DNA of 46,871 nucleotides from Gonapodya sp. JEL0774 (Eukaryota): NCBI GenBank assembly GCA_027604505.1, contig JADIIX010000154.1, positions 1 to 46,871 of the forward strand, in the 5' to 3' direction. The notes below the pieces were generated by a model. The model was given only the letters and a program-made list of their open reading frames with translations. It was not told where the DNA came from and ran no database searches. Of this stretch, positions 15,349 to 27,642 are shown in pieces (within the stretch, counting starts at the first letter, position 1; every line of letters begins with the position of its first letter). The translations under genes were made by a program, and so were the position numbers.

Positions 15349-16510
15349 ATGGCACAACTGAAACCCGGAGAAGTGAATCTAGGTGTAAGTCAATAACATG
15401 CTTTTAATGGATTCCATCAGAGCATAGGTAACGCCGTCACATGCAATTCCAAACACCCACGGGTGTCGTCCACGATGGCACGACTAGACCACCATCATGG
15501 CGGTGGAATTTAACGGCGGTGTTGTCGTTGGAGCTGACTCGCGGACTACCACGGGATCCTACATCGCCAACAGGTGCGTTTGTTGGAATGGAAGATCGCC
15601 TAAGATTCTCCACAAGCTGAAATAAAACAATCCCTCAAGAGTGACTGATAAGCTTACTTCGGTGCATGAGCAGATTTACTGCTGCCGGAGCGGAAGTGCA
15701 GCTGATACCCAGGCGATTGCGGACATCGTTCACTACTACCTCCAAATGTACACGTAAGTACACAAACCGGGGAAGCTGTAGAACTTTGTGGGACATCCTG
15801 ACCAGTTTCCTCATATTTGAATCCTTTTCCCTGTTTGTCATATTTCAATGGACTAAAGTGTTGAACACAAGGAACCGCCCCCTGTCCATAACGCCGCCGT
15901 CCTTTTCCAGAAGCTCTGCTACTCGAACAAGGACCAGCTAATGGCTGGTATTATCGTGGGAGGCTGGGATAAATACAGTGGAGGGAGTGTGTACAGCATT
16001 CCCTTGGGTGGGTCATTACACAGGGAAAAGTTCGCTATCGGAGGTGGGTGGGCCATTCACAAACTGGAAGAGAGTCTCTGTCGTTAAGTTTCCACGCATG
16101 CACTTCCCAGGCTCGGGGTCGAGTTACATTTACGGTTTCTGTGACTCAAACTACCGGGAGGGCATGAGTCGAGAAGAGTGCGTCAAGTTCACAAAGAACG
16201 GTACGTTCTGTGTTGGTTTGCCACCACTCATGTTTTGAGCGGGGTGAGGGTGATGTGACTAAATAACATCGGTCACCATGGCACCCCATCCTGTTCCCCG
16301 ACACTCCACACAGCTATTGCGCTTGCAATGGCTCGCGATGGATCCTCTGGTGGATGTATCAGGTTAGCAGTAATCGATAAAGCTGGCGTGGAGCGTATTT
16401 TCGTACCTGGAGACCAGGTGAGCTTTTAACTACAATCAACGGTGGTGTTGCTTTGATTGAAGCGAATGCAACTTCGTCATCTTTAGCTCCCGACCTTTTT
16501 CGAGGATTAA
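15349..16510 (+). CDS. PRE3: 20S proteasome subunit beta-1 (PSMB6)
   Basis: [47 protein letters not shown]…[14 protein letters not shown]…[13 protein letters not shown]…ARDGSSGG. Stop TAA ends at 16510. Confidence 0.96.
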
Positions 16511-16730
16511 ACTGATGTATTATAGAGTTGTTAATGTCATTGCAAATCACAAACTGGAGATAACAATGGACAACAGAGGCGATCTCGATGGGTCTCCCTC
16601 CCGCCACCCACATTTCCCATCAAGTTCGTCCGTCAGATCCACTTTGACGCTCCACCTTCCATTCTCACCGCGAGACGCGTACAAAGTTAGCAGAACCAGA
16701 ACCAGGGAAAGGAGGAGGAGGAAAGGGTCG

Positions 16731-19700
16731 ATGTTCAAGTCAGCCTATCAAGGCGGTGAGCGTAGAGCGAGACAATCTGCTTAGCGCGTGGTAATTATTG
16801 CACAAATGTCAATTTTAGGCCCATCAGTGGAATTGCTCTCCGGTCACGCCCCAGTCCCCTCCACCTGGAAAGCTGTCCCGAAAGGTTCCATCAACAGAAA
16901 CTATGAGCAGGACCTCAAGTCCTTCGCATTGTCTGTGGACGGCATGGGCAAACTGACGCTGCCTAAGGATGAGAAATCTCCACTCTTTCTGACGCAACCA
17001 GTGCTGGTGTTTCAGATTTACACTCCAGATGGTACAACTCTCGGTCTCGAGCTTCTCATCACGACGTTGGCGCATGAAAAGCGACGACTTCAGTTCAATA
17101 CGAATGTGCGAGCAGCGAAAGTTCAACCGACATTCGCAACCTTGCCCCTTGCCTTCGTCAAACGGTGTACCTGGATCAATTTGGCATTCGACTGCGTGGA
17201 CCTGCTCACGCAAATTTGGCCCGGTCAATCGTATAGGTCTCTTGATTATGTGCAAATTCAGGGCGTGTGCCGTATACGGCGAATCTTCACACTTAAACAC
17301 CGCATCGTCGACACTACCGGTGACGACGAAGCAGACCAGTCAGATGCTGAAGTGCAACTCGTAGATGTTGTTCCACGACAACTTGCATTCCCTCTTGCGG
17401 TTGACAGTTTCAATCAAGTCGTGAATCGCTCTCGAATTCGACTGTATGAACAAAAATTCCTGGCTTCCAGAGCGGATCCTCGGTTAGTTTTATCACCGGC
17501 AGAACGAAGAGCACATTTGGCTTTTGGTAGTAAGGCAGTACCGCTACCGTCCCCCGGAACAGATCCTCCGCTCGTGCAGCGTCCTTATGAGGTTCCCAAA
17601 CCACGTCGAACGAAGACAGTCGATGATGTAGGAGACTCAGTAGAAGATGGTGCCGACAACGTTTCAGAACAATCCTCTTCGCGACCTCTCCGACTTCCTC
17701 CAATAAAATCGCGAATAAGTGGGGTCATAGGCACCTCGCAGGGCAGTAGCAGATCGGACTCTGGAGCCCTTTCCGTATCTGGAAATATCTATCGTTCCAA
17801 GGGAATCACACGGGACCGGATACAGAGCTCTCGATCGAGCCACAGTGAAGACAGCTGCATGAGCAGGAGATCGAGGTGGGTGTTGGACCATCTCACGAAG
17901 AAGGTGATCTCTCTCACCGACTATGATTCTGCCAGCGCTCATTCGACAGCGGAAGCTCCGGCCACCGAAGTGGCAAATGTAATGCGAGTATTGTATCAGG
18001 CAGCGGATTCGCAAGTGCCTGTGGAGTCCTCGGTGGAACCAAGCAAACGCAAGTTATTACGAAAGTCTTTGTCCAGAGTTCTACCGGAGCGCGAAGAGTC
18101 TTCTACAGAGGTGTCTTCTCACAATAAAATTGAAATTGAGGAAAAGAGGAGGGAGGAGAGGAAGAAGAAAAAGGCAATGAAATCTGAATCGATCGATTCT
18201 CCCAAAGCGTCCCAAACCATCGACTCCGTGGAGCACGTCCACAAGGACGCCACTACTTTGAGAAATGGCGTTTCGGAATGTCTCAATGATGAGATGGAGA
18301 GTCAAGACAATTGGGGACGGGAATCGGCAATCAATCTTCTTGTTGACTCAACCATGATCCTCGTGGAGACAGCAAACGCGTCAAAGCAGTTGTTCGTGAA
18401 CGACTCAGCAAATGCGTACGTGGAAGTACGGAAACCGGGCATTTCGGAAACGGAATCTCTGCGTGAAGTCGAAGCGGTGACGGCACCTAGGACAGGGATG
18501 CTTTCCAACGAGCGTCTTAGTGACAACGAGCGTCTTAGTGACAACGACCTCTCTGGAACAGTCGAGCACATGACTGACAAAGTGACGCACCACTCGAAGA
18601 CTGAAGACAACAAACCTGACATTGAACCAAAATTGAAAACTTCGCTTTGGGACAACAGCTCCGACATTGTTTTGACGACGTCAGATATCAGACAAAAGCC
18701 AGTTTTTGCTCTGACCACTGTCCACTCCCAGATTGTTTCTGATAAATCACACATCGCAATCTCTGGCGATGCTTCCTTGGATGGAGTCACGGTGTCGCCT
18801 CCAGAAGTAAGATCCGAATTCGGATCTGCATTGATCGCTGCAATACCCCGGAGCTCCAGTCCTTTTGACAATACCCTGCTGACAAATGCCGATTCCTTGC
18901 CACCAACTCCGATCAACTTCTCGTCAGATGCTCGGAGCATTACTTCTGCTCCACACAGCCTGTTGAACGAGTCAAGACTCCAAAATGACTCCGTCCTGGA
19001 GCCCGCGTTTGTTCATTCTCCTTCAACCCCTCCGACACGAGGCACGCTCATAAACCCCCAAGAGGAAGTATCTCCTCTGTCGCTCGCACAAGCTGCTGTC
19101 GTTGAACATGTTTCGTCTTCGGAACCACCAATCGAACCTCCATTTCTGGTGCCACCTGATAAATCCTCAACAGACGTCCACGAGATCGAATCCCCCACCC
19201 CCGTATCACATCAAGTACCGACCCATAATTCCACTGCAACGGTCGTTTTTGAGGAACGAGCAACGCCGAATCAAGAGACGCCTGTGCCCGTTCCCCCACC
19301 CAGGCGGCACTCTGCATTCGTAAATCGGCGATCACACATACCGATACGAGCGCCTCGTGTTCGACACGAAGCTGTTCCGAAGACAGAATCGTTGAATGAA
19401 CATAATGTGAAGGGAGCTACAAACATTGGATTGAACGACGAACAACCTTCTACTCCCGGAACGTGTGTGGAACTCGAGACGTCGACAATGAGAAATGAAG
19501 AACCAAAGAAATGGACGTCATCCAGCACTGATGGCGCTCCAAGCAAGGCAGAAAAGCCAATGATACCCCAGGACACATTGGTGAACGTGCAGCCTGATCA
19601 GTTGCCAGACGATCCAGAGCGCAAGCCCATCCCACCCAACCGCAAAACGGTGCCCGGAACCGACGATCGCACACAAAGCGATCAAAGCGACGATGAAGTG

Positions 19701-19853
19701 GAGCTGGTGTTTGATCACACCTCGAAATGTTGGGTGGACGTAGTGAGTCCAGTTTATCTCTCGTTTGGTTTGAATGTCGAGCGGACCAACTTACCTAAGA
19801 GCTCTTCGTGTGACCAGACCACAGGCCGCCGCTACAAAATTGAATCCGACTGA
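16731..19853 (+). CDS. CFAP20DC: CFAP20-domain protein (C3orf67-like), ciliary
   Basis: Starts MFKSAYQGG|PSVELLS (intron about 16756-16818). DUF667 fold (LVFQIY…KRRLQF…WINLAFD…CRIRRIFTLK), a long disordered middle, and C-terminal ELVFD…CWVD…TGRRYKI motif. Small in-frame introns are probable. Confidence 0.85.
18507..18548 (+). repeat. 18-bp in-frame tandem duplication (NERLSD x2)
   Basis: AACGAGCGTCTTAGTGAC occurs twice, followed by a partial third copy. Confidence 0.9.
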
Positions 19854-19972
19854 CTACAACTGGAGGGCGAAGAGGGGGATGAGGAATTGAGCGGAGGGTT
19901 GTGCGACGATCCCAACCAATATTCCATTTATGCATGCAATTTTGTATTCACTCGAGCCACTAGCATAATTAT

Positions 19973-22900
19973 TCAGTGCGGGCCTCTCTTTTGTCGTTTG
20001 GCGTGTTCCCGCTTCCTGTGGTTCTTCTCCTTGGAGCTCATCGTCTTCTTGTTCCACACCTCCCGCTTATGCACCATCATCATAATGTTCTTGGTCTTCT
20101 TCGACTTGACCTTGTTGGTGGTGGATCCCTCGTGTTTCCCCATCCTGGATCCGTACTTTTCCCTCCCTTCCCTACCCGCCTGAATCGACGCCATCCTCTC
20201 CTCCTTGTTCTGCTTCCTCTTGTACCCCCTCAACAACGCATCGGGGTCCACAAAGTCCGCAGGCTCGTCGTGACCGTCGTCGTGCTCGGCGTACTCGCCG
20301 TCCGAGTCCACCTCCACCTCGGCGTGGGGCCGCTTCTTGCCTTTGGCACCGCCGTCCTTAATCCGCATGCCTTGGCCAGAAAGTCGAAGCGCCTCTTTTT
20401 CGATTCGCAGCCGTTTGAGGCGGCGGAAGTCGTCGTCGGTGAGGATCTGCGACAGGGAGGGACGGAACAGCAATGAAACGCAAGGTGAAGTGTTGACAGA
20501 CACGATAGAGAATGAGGGCGATACACATGCGGGCAGTGGATGCAATTGACTACACACCTTTTGCGACTCAATCCGTGGTGCTGCCGGGTCTCGTGCCCTG
20601 TTCGTCACCTCCTCCTCACCGCCCGCGACGTCGTCCTTGGACTTGCTTGGATCTACCGCATCGGCTCTCTCCTCTTCTATCGCCACCAGTTTGGGTACCC
20701 GATCGGCCTTTGAAGCACGTTTCGGTCGCTTTTCGACTTCTTTGGCGGTATCGTGGTCCTCGTCATTGTCCTCGCCTTGCTCCCCGTCCTCCCGGTCGTC
20801 CACACCATCTTCCTCGCCATCGTCCTCTCCATCACTGTCCTCCTCGTCCACGTCCGCCCAAGAATCACCGTCACCGTCATCGTCCTCCTCCTCTCCATCT
20901 CCTTCCTCCCCATCCTTCTCATCATCACTCCCCTCCTCCCCATCCCCATCCACGTCCATCTCCTCCAACATCTCTGCCCCCTCCACCCCCTCCGCCACAT
21001 CCAACTGCCCAAACGCCTTTGCCCTCGCCGTCCCCCTGGCTACCTCGATGGTCCCCACCTTCCCCCTGTGCTTCTTATGCAACAGCTCCGGATTCACGTC
21101 CCTAAACAAGGCCACCAACGCCCTGGTCGCGTTGGTGACGCCCTTTTCCCGATGTCCCTTGTGGTCCACCACCAGCGAGTCCAACAAGTCCCCCGGCATG
21201 GCCAGCGGCTGCCTCGCGCACAGCTCCCGGATAGCGTTGAGCCCGGCCACCACCACCTCAGCGGACCCGTTGGCCCACACGAACCTATCCGCTACGGCCC
21301 TCACGATCTCCTCCGTGGCATCGGGCGGCACGAGCTCGTGGGTCGCCTGGGCGGCACACGCCAGCAAGCGGGTCACGTCCCTCTGGTGCGGGTTGAGGTA
21401 CTTGGCCACAAAGGGGTACACGTTGAGCAAGACCAGCTTGTGTGCGCCCACGAGGCGGGTGATGAGGTCCAGGTGGGCCAGGCGGAGGGGGAACGGGAGG
21501 GTCGCCTGGGACGTGGCGTTGCGGAGGCGGGCAAAGAGTTTCTCTGCCATGGTTTGTGGGTCGTTGAGGAGGTGGAGCGGGGGGAAGGAGAGCGCGGACG
21601 AGGCGGATCCGTGGGCGGCCAGGCGTTCCTTCTTCTTGATGGTGGCCATGGCCTTGTCCAGGCCCCGCTTTTCCGACTTTTTCTTCTTCTTGATGTGCGC
21701 CTGGTGCTTCAACACGTGCAGGTCTGGGACTTCAGTCTCGTGCTCCTCGTCGTCCTGCGGAGCGTCGCCGCCCAAGAAGAAGTTGATGGCCGTGGCGCAC
21801 ACCTTGGGCGAGCTGTGGAAGCACGCCGAACCGATCACGTTGACCGTTTTGGCGTCGTTCCACACGGATTTCTTGTACAGGTCGATCATGACGTCGAGGG
21901 ATTTCTTGCAGGCGATCTGGGCACAGGAGGGGAGGGGGGTGTGGTGGTGGTGGCGGTGAGGAGGCGGGTAGAAAGGAGGACGAACAACCAAACCGCCCCT
22001 TTGCCCCGAACCGCCCCCTTTCCCCAACCCCCCCCACTCCCACACCCACCTCCTCCCCATCGCCCAACATCGTGTACATAAAATTCTGCAAGCTCTTGTT
22101 CAAGGCGTTGTTCTTTCCCATGTGATTAGCCTGCTTGACGTCGGCGACGATGTGGGCGTGCAGGAGGGCACGGAGGGGTTTGTCGCGGCACCGGAAGAGG
22201 AGGAAGAAGAGGGGGAGGAGGCTGGGTAGGGGGGAAGGAGCCATGGGGGCAGGGGGAAGGGGGAGGGTAAGCGGGTGTAAATCGCGTCCCGGTGGACTTC
22301 CTCCTCATGGTCAGGACATGACACGAGAGCAATACGCCTCCAACTGACTCCCTCCCCTTGGTCAGGCCATGGCACAAGAGCAATTCGCCTCCAACTGACT
22401 CCCTCCGTCCCTCGCTTCCCCGGGTCTGGACCTGCCCTCGCGCTCACTTCGACGCACCTCGTCTGCTTGACCAAGTCCCTGTTCCTCAACAAGATGAGAG
22501 CCTGGACCATGGTGCGTCTGAGGTCGGGGGGGATGACCTGGTAGTGGTTTGAGAGGAGGTCAGAGATCTGTTGCGGGAAGAGGCGGCACTGGGAAGGGTA
22601 GCAGGGGGCGACCTGGGGTGTGGGGGTGGTACGGGGTGTGGGTTGGGTGTGGGTGTGAGGTGAATGGGGTGTAATGCAGAGAGAGTGAGCGAGTTGAAAG
22701 GGGGGCAACCAGGGGACATGGCATCATACAAGTCACTCTCGGCGGGGAAATCCCGCTCAAAAAGTCCCCCCAAAAAAAGGCCCCATACACCAAAGGGTCA
22801 AAAAGTCACTCGCGGCGGGGCAAGCCCACATTATCTCGTTCACGCCCGGACAGGCATCATCTGGCAGACGCTCTGGCTGGATACGTACATGAGCGATAAA

Positions 22901-23101
22901 AGAGATCAAGTGGGCAAAGTCGTCTGTGGAATTTGAGTCTGATGGGTTCAAGAGGAACAGGTTGAGTAGAGCGTTGAAGTGGTTGAGCTGGGAGTTGAAC
23001 TCGTTGAGGTATGAGGGGGGGTCGCGCTTGATCAGGTTCTGGAGTTGCGGCAGGTTGAGGTTCAGTGGATCCAGACGCGACCGCGCTGACGACTTGGACA
23101 T
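19973..23101 (-). CDS. SDA1: SDA1 60S ribosome biogenesis protein
   Basis: [69 protein letters not shown], an acidic tract, and ILTDDDF…[19 protein letters not shown]…STTNKVK. Confidence 0.95.
22308..22406. repeat. 51-bp tandem duplication in an SDA1 intron
   Basis: TGGTCAGG(A/C)CATG(A/G)CAC(G/A)AGAGCAAT(A/T)CGCCTCCAACTGACTCCCTCC at 22308 and at 22359. Confidence 0.9.
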
Positions 23102-23578
23102 TGGGGCAGGTTGGAGAGCGGAGTACGGGGCCCCAAGCTGTGCTGCTGGACCGTGCAGAAAGGAGAAAGTGAGCGTTGGCTGCGAACTGCGGTCACAGTG
23201 CTGTGGCAACAACTCGACCGTCCAGTTCTTCAATTATTTATTGATCTTCTTTTGTCCGCCTTTTCAATTCAAGCGACGAGTGTGGTATCCTGCACTGGAT
23301 TATTATTACACGCTGGCACCACTCGCTGGGGTCATCAAAACTGAAAAAATAAAGATGTGAAACCTCATACATTCACGATACCCTCTACATCATATAATAT
23401 CATCTGTCTGGGAATTCATGAGAAATGATTTTATGAGGCCAAACTAGTGCTCCTGCAGTAGTGTTGGTTCCCTGGCCTTGGCGGCACATTCGTGCTAGGG
23501 AACCAGAACCAGCCTGACCCTGCAGGCCCCCGCAGACTCCACTCGGCCCACGGCCCCCAGCACAGCAGAGCAGAGCAG

Positions 23579-25611
23579 ATGGGAAGCAGGCAGCAGAGTG
23601 GGGCGGGGGCGACAGGAGTTGGGGCAGCAGAGCAGCCGCTTGTGTCGCTGATTGAGTCACTGCGCAGACTGGGAATGGCAGCACAGAACGTCCATCAGGA
23701 CACGCTGGCAAACAACGTCATCCCAAACTACCTGTGGGTGTGTGGGTGTGTGGGTGGTTGCCTCCTTTCCCACCGCCCCACTGGTACCCCCTTCTCCCAT
23801 TCCCCCATTGCCCCCATTGCCCCCATTCCCCAACTCCCATCACTCCCACTCCTCCATCCACCCCACCCACCCCTCCCCCCCACTCACCCACAACCCCCTA
23901 ACCCCTTACACCCCCCAACAATCAGAAACGAAGTCGTCGACCACCTTGCTTCACTCGACGCTCTCTTGGACAACATCGACATCCAAGTCCCTGCGCACCT
24001 CGTAGAGTGAGTCTTCCTGCTTGCAAGATGCCACATGGGTCGGAAAATGGGACATGGGACACCCGAGACGGAGCACGACACCCTCTCAACCAACCACACC
24101 ACTCACCACCCACACCCCAAAACACCCGCCCCCCCGCCCCCCACCACCACTCCAGCGCCGTCGACCACGGCCGCAACCCTGACCTCTACACCAAACACCT
24201 CTTCGAAACCGTCGCAGCACAAAACGCCCGTGAGCGCGGCAAGATCGACGCCGTCAAGGTATGTACGTATGTGTTTTGTGGTTGTGGCTGGCATGCCTGG
24301 GCGGGGTTCTGGGTCCTGGGTCCTGGGTCCCTGGGTTCTGGGTTCTGCCTTTTTGGTTCCCGTATCACCGGGCGGTTCTAGGGTCTTGTGGAGGTTAGTG
24401 GACACACCACTTGACCAGAGACCGGGACCCCGGGCCGTGGACCGTGGTCGAGCCAGCACCACCACGAACGCGCCGACCATGGACAATGGACAATGGAGCA
24501 TGGAACGAGTGTCGACACCAGAGTGGGCGTGGGATAGGCTGAGGCAGTGAAGAGGATGGGACCGTGGTTGAGCATGCACAAGGAACGGAACGACCATGGA
24601 CCGTGGACCACGGAACGAGCGTCGACACCAGAGTTGTCGTGGCAAGACCGAGGAGTTGGAGGGGATACGGAACAGCGTGGATGCGGGACGGCGAGAGGCC
24701 GAGACGGCGAGACGGGCGGAGCGACCGCACGCACACCCACACGCGCACCAGAGTCTCGAGGCACACACCACCACCGCCACCGTGGCAGCGGTCTGTTTCG
24801 CACAGTCATGCCGCACGCCGCACGCCGCACACGGGCCGGCGAGCGGGACCGGTGTGTTCCCCATTCTCCGTTTCCAGTTCCATGTCTGTCATGTGGTGTT
24901 GCTCTCGCAATCCTTTCTGAACACCGACCCCCTGACCCCCTGACCACCCCACCCCCCACCCCTGTTCCGCACTCCGCTCCTCGCTTCCCGTCCTGTCCCG
25001 CGCCCCGCCCCATGGTCTGCATGCATGCTCATCCACACCCTCACCGTCCCCCGCACCTCACGCCTCACCGTTCATACCTTCCACCGTTTCCCCCCCGCCC
25101 CCACAAGACCCTCCGCGCCTCCCTCACCCAAGAACTCCGGTCCTTCATCCCCGAGCACGAGTTTGTGGAGCACGAGCGGGAGCGGGTGGGGCGGCGGGAG
25201 GGGGAGGAGGAGGGGGAGGACGGGACGGGGCGGAGTGCTGGCGGGCAAGGTATTGGAGAGGGAGAGGGAGAGGGAGAGGGAGAGGGAGAGAGAGAGGGAC
25301 GGGCAGTGGGGACGGGGACGGGGATGGGGACGGGGACGGACGCCGAGTCGACACTGGCACAGCCACCCACGAAACTCGAGCCAGACACACACACCCACAC
25401 CCACACCCAGCTCGTCACCTCCACCTCCACCGGCACCACCAGTACCTCCACCGCATCACAACCCCCACCACCACCCACGACGGCCAAGAAGGCCACAGAG
25501 ACCGAACCGGCGGGAACCTCAACCGCACCTCCACCACCCACGACGGCCACGACGACCGCGACAAAGACCGAACCGGGGGAGGCGGCGGTGAAGGTGAAGA
25601 TGGAGTCGTAG
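23579..25611 (+). CDS. MED10: Mediator subunit 10 (Nut2) with a low-complexity C-terminal extension
   Basis: LVSLIESLRRLG…DIQVPAHLVE|AVDHGRNPDLYTKHLFETVAAQNARERGKIDAVK|TLRASLTQELRSFIPE. 'D.GRNPD.YT…N…GK' is the Med10 signature. Confidence 0.88.
24439..24643. repeat. Diverged ~120-bp tandem duplication in the long MED10 intron
   Basis: GGACCGTGGT(C/T)GAGC…CCATGGAC…GGAACGAG(T/C)GTCGACACCAGAGT starting at 24439 and at 24559. A GGGT(C/T)CT 7-mer run lies upstream at about 24304-24347. Confidence 0.75.
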
Positions 25612-26218
25612 AGCGGGGGGCCAGGGTGGAGGGCGGTGGGTAGCGGGTGGGTGGTTGGTGGTTTGTGAGAGGGCGATGGGCGACGGGACGGGGTCTCGGG
25701 GTGGATGTTCGATGTGGAGTGTGGTCTGTGGTGGACATGGACGAGGACGACGCCGTGGTGAATTGACTTTTTGGTGACTGGGTTGGGACTTTTTTCTCCA
25801 TTCTGTTCTTTTTTGCTTTCGTTGGTGTCTCCTTCGATGGTTTGATTTTTCCTCCTTCGTCTTTTGTGTGTGTGTGTGTGTGTTTGTGTGGTCTCTTTTG
25901 TGTACATTCTGGTGACAAACGCACGCAGTACCTGAAATACATACCCCGCATCGCGCACCTGAAATCTGAACATCTGATTCAACGCGCCGCCGCCCTACAC
26001 AGTATGCACACCTCACACCCGACCGACCCACCCCGCACCGCTCATGCCCAACTTCCCCCTTCCCCCCTTTCACGTCCCTGTACATCTCAGTGAGTTTGGG
26101 ATAGGTCTCACCTGGAAGATACACAATAGATAGAGGTTCCGTTCGTTACAGTCCCGTGTCGTGAGGACCGCGTCGTGCCATAACCCCGACCCCAAGGCCC
26201 CCCTCCCCGCCCTCGCGC

Positions 26219-27279
26219 TCACTCCTTCTTCCCCCTCCCGTTCTCCTTGGCCCCTGCACCCGCCGCTTTCGCCGCTTCCGTCACCGCCCCGTAACTCTCG
26301 TACAAGAGCGCAAGCGGGATCACGACCCACAGGCCGTTGAAGAAGGCGAGGTAGAGGTACAGGTAGATGGGGTTGGAGGTGGTCAGGGAGGGACTGCCCG
26401 AGACCCATTCGCTGTTGGGTGGGTGGGGTGAGTAGGGCGGCGGTGGGGGTTTGAAAGGTGGTGCAGAAGGGAGGATGAAGAAACCTACGGCGCGAACGTC
26501 ATCCACCCTCCGTACAGCTCGGCCGTGTTGAGGACGATCTGGGCAAAGTGGCGCCAAGGAGTGTTGTACATGGTACCGTACATGCACAGGGCGGCGAGGG
26601 GGCCGGCGAGGTAGACGGTCCTGTATTTTTTTAGAACGCGTCATGCGGCGAAATAGAGAGATAGGTGGACACGATACGGTCAATGTGGTGGTCAGGAACG
26701 AGGGTGTGCGCGACGAGCCACGAGGGGCGAAAGGGGAAAAACGTAAAACGTACAAGAGTTCAAGACTGAGGATGGTGGGATCGTACACGGCCCAGCGGGC
26801 GTCGGCTTTTCCTACACGGTGGACACATGCCGTTGGAGTGTTGGTTTGGTTGTAATGGAACGGAATGCACTACTTACCGTATTCTTTCCCTGAAAATCCC
26901 CCCAACGAAAAACGCAAGATAGAGCGTTCAACATTTGCATGGTTTTTGAAATCGCCGGGTGGGTCAGCCTCAATTACTCACAAAGCTCTGCGAAGAAACC
27001 CTCATTCTTGGACGCTCCGCCTTGTAACGTTACGACCGTGTAGCCAAGCTCGAACGTTAAATGCACTGTCACGAAGTGAGAATAGAAATCACATTATGAG
27101 GAAGTACGTCGACGACTGGAAGAGCCCCACGCACTTATTGAATCAAACGCGTACCACACCGCGATGCCCTTCAACACCGGCGCAAGCTTGGGATTGGCCA
27201 GATTGACGCCCACGTACGCGACAGCGAGCATCGCCAGCGTGGCGACGAGGTACGGGAACGAGTTGAGGATTTCGTCCAT
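26219..27279 (-). CDS. Emopamil-binding-protein-like (EXPERA domain) membrane protein
   Basis: Multi-exon, including a 12-nt micro-exon 26889-26878. [27 protein letters not shown]…AELYGGWMTFAPEW…YLYLYLAFFNGLWVVIP, ending in an ER-retrieval-like GKKE. Confidence 0.9.
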
Positions 27280-27642
27280 CCGAGTCGGTTTCTGATGCGA
27301 TTCGGGACGGTCAGAGGGCGATCGCGGGGGAAACGGAAATAAAGATACGAGAGCGGGGCGTACATGCTTGTTCTGCGGGTTGATGGAGGGTTTGCGGTAT
27401 TTGATAGTTGATGGTTTGGTGTGTGGGCCGAAGGTTCCGATGATTCCACAACGTTCAGAACATACACTTTTACAGAGTTCTACCTGACGCTTCGGTCACC
27501 ACTATTCTCATACAAATTGGATCGAAGAAGGGGGGGGGGAGAAACTTAGAATTTATTCAAGATACAAGAAGACAGAAAGACTGATTCGTTTCAACAGCAA
27601 AACCACAAAACCGTACAAATCAAGAAGTAAAAACGGGTTAAA

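Noticed and set aside
20512..22081. Long plus-strand ORFs (440 and 442 aa) opposite SDA1; similar shadow ORFs at 9802-10878 and 25065-25982
   Set aside because: They are antisense shadows of GC-rich coding sequence with low-complexity translations.
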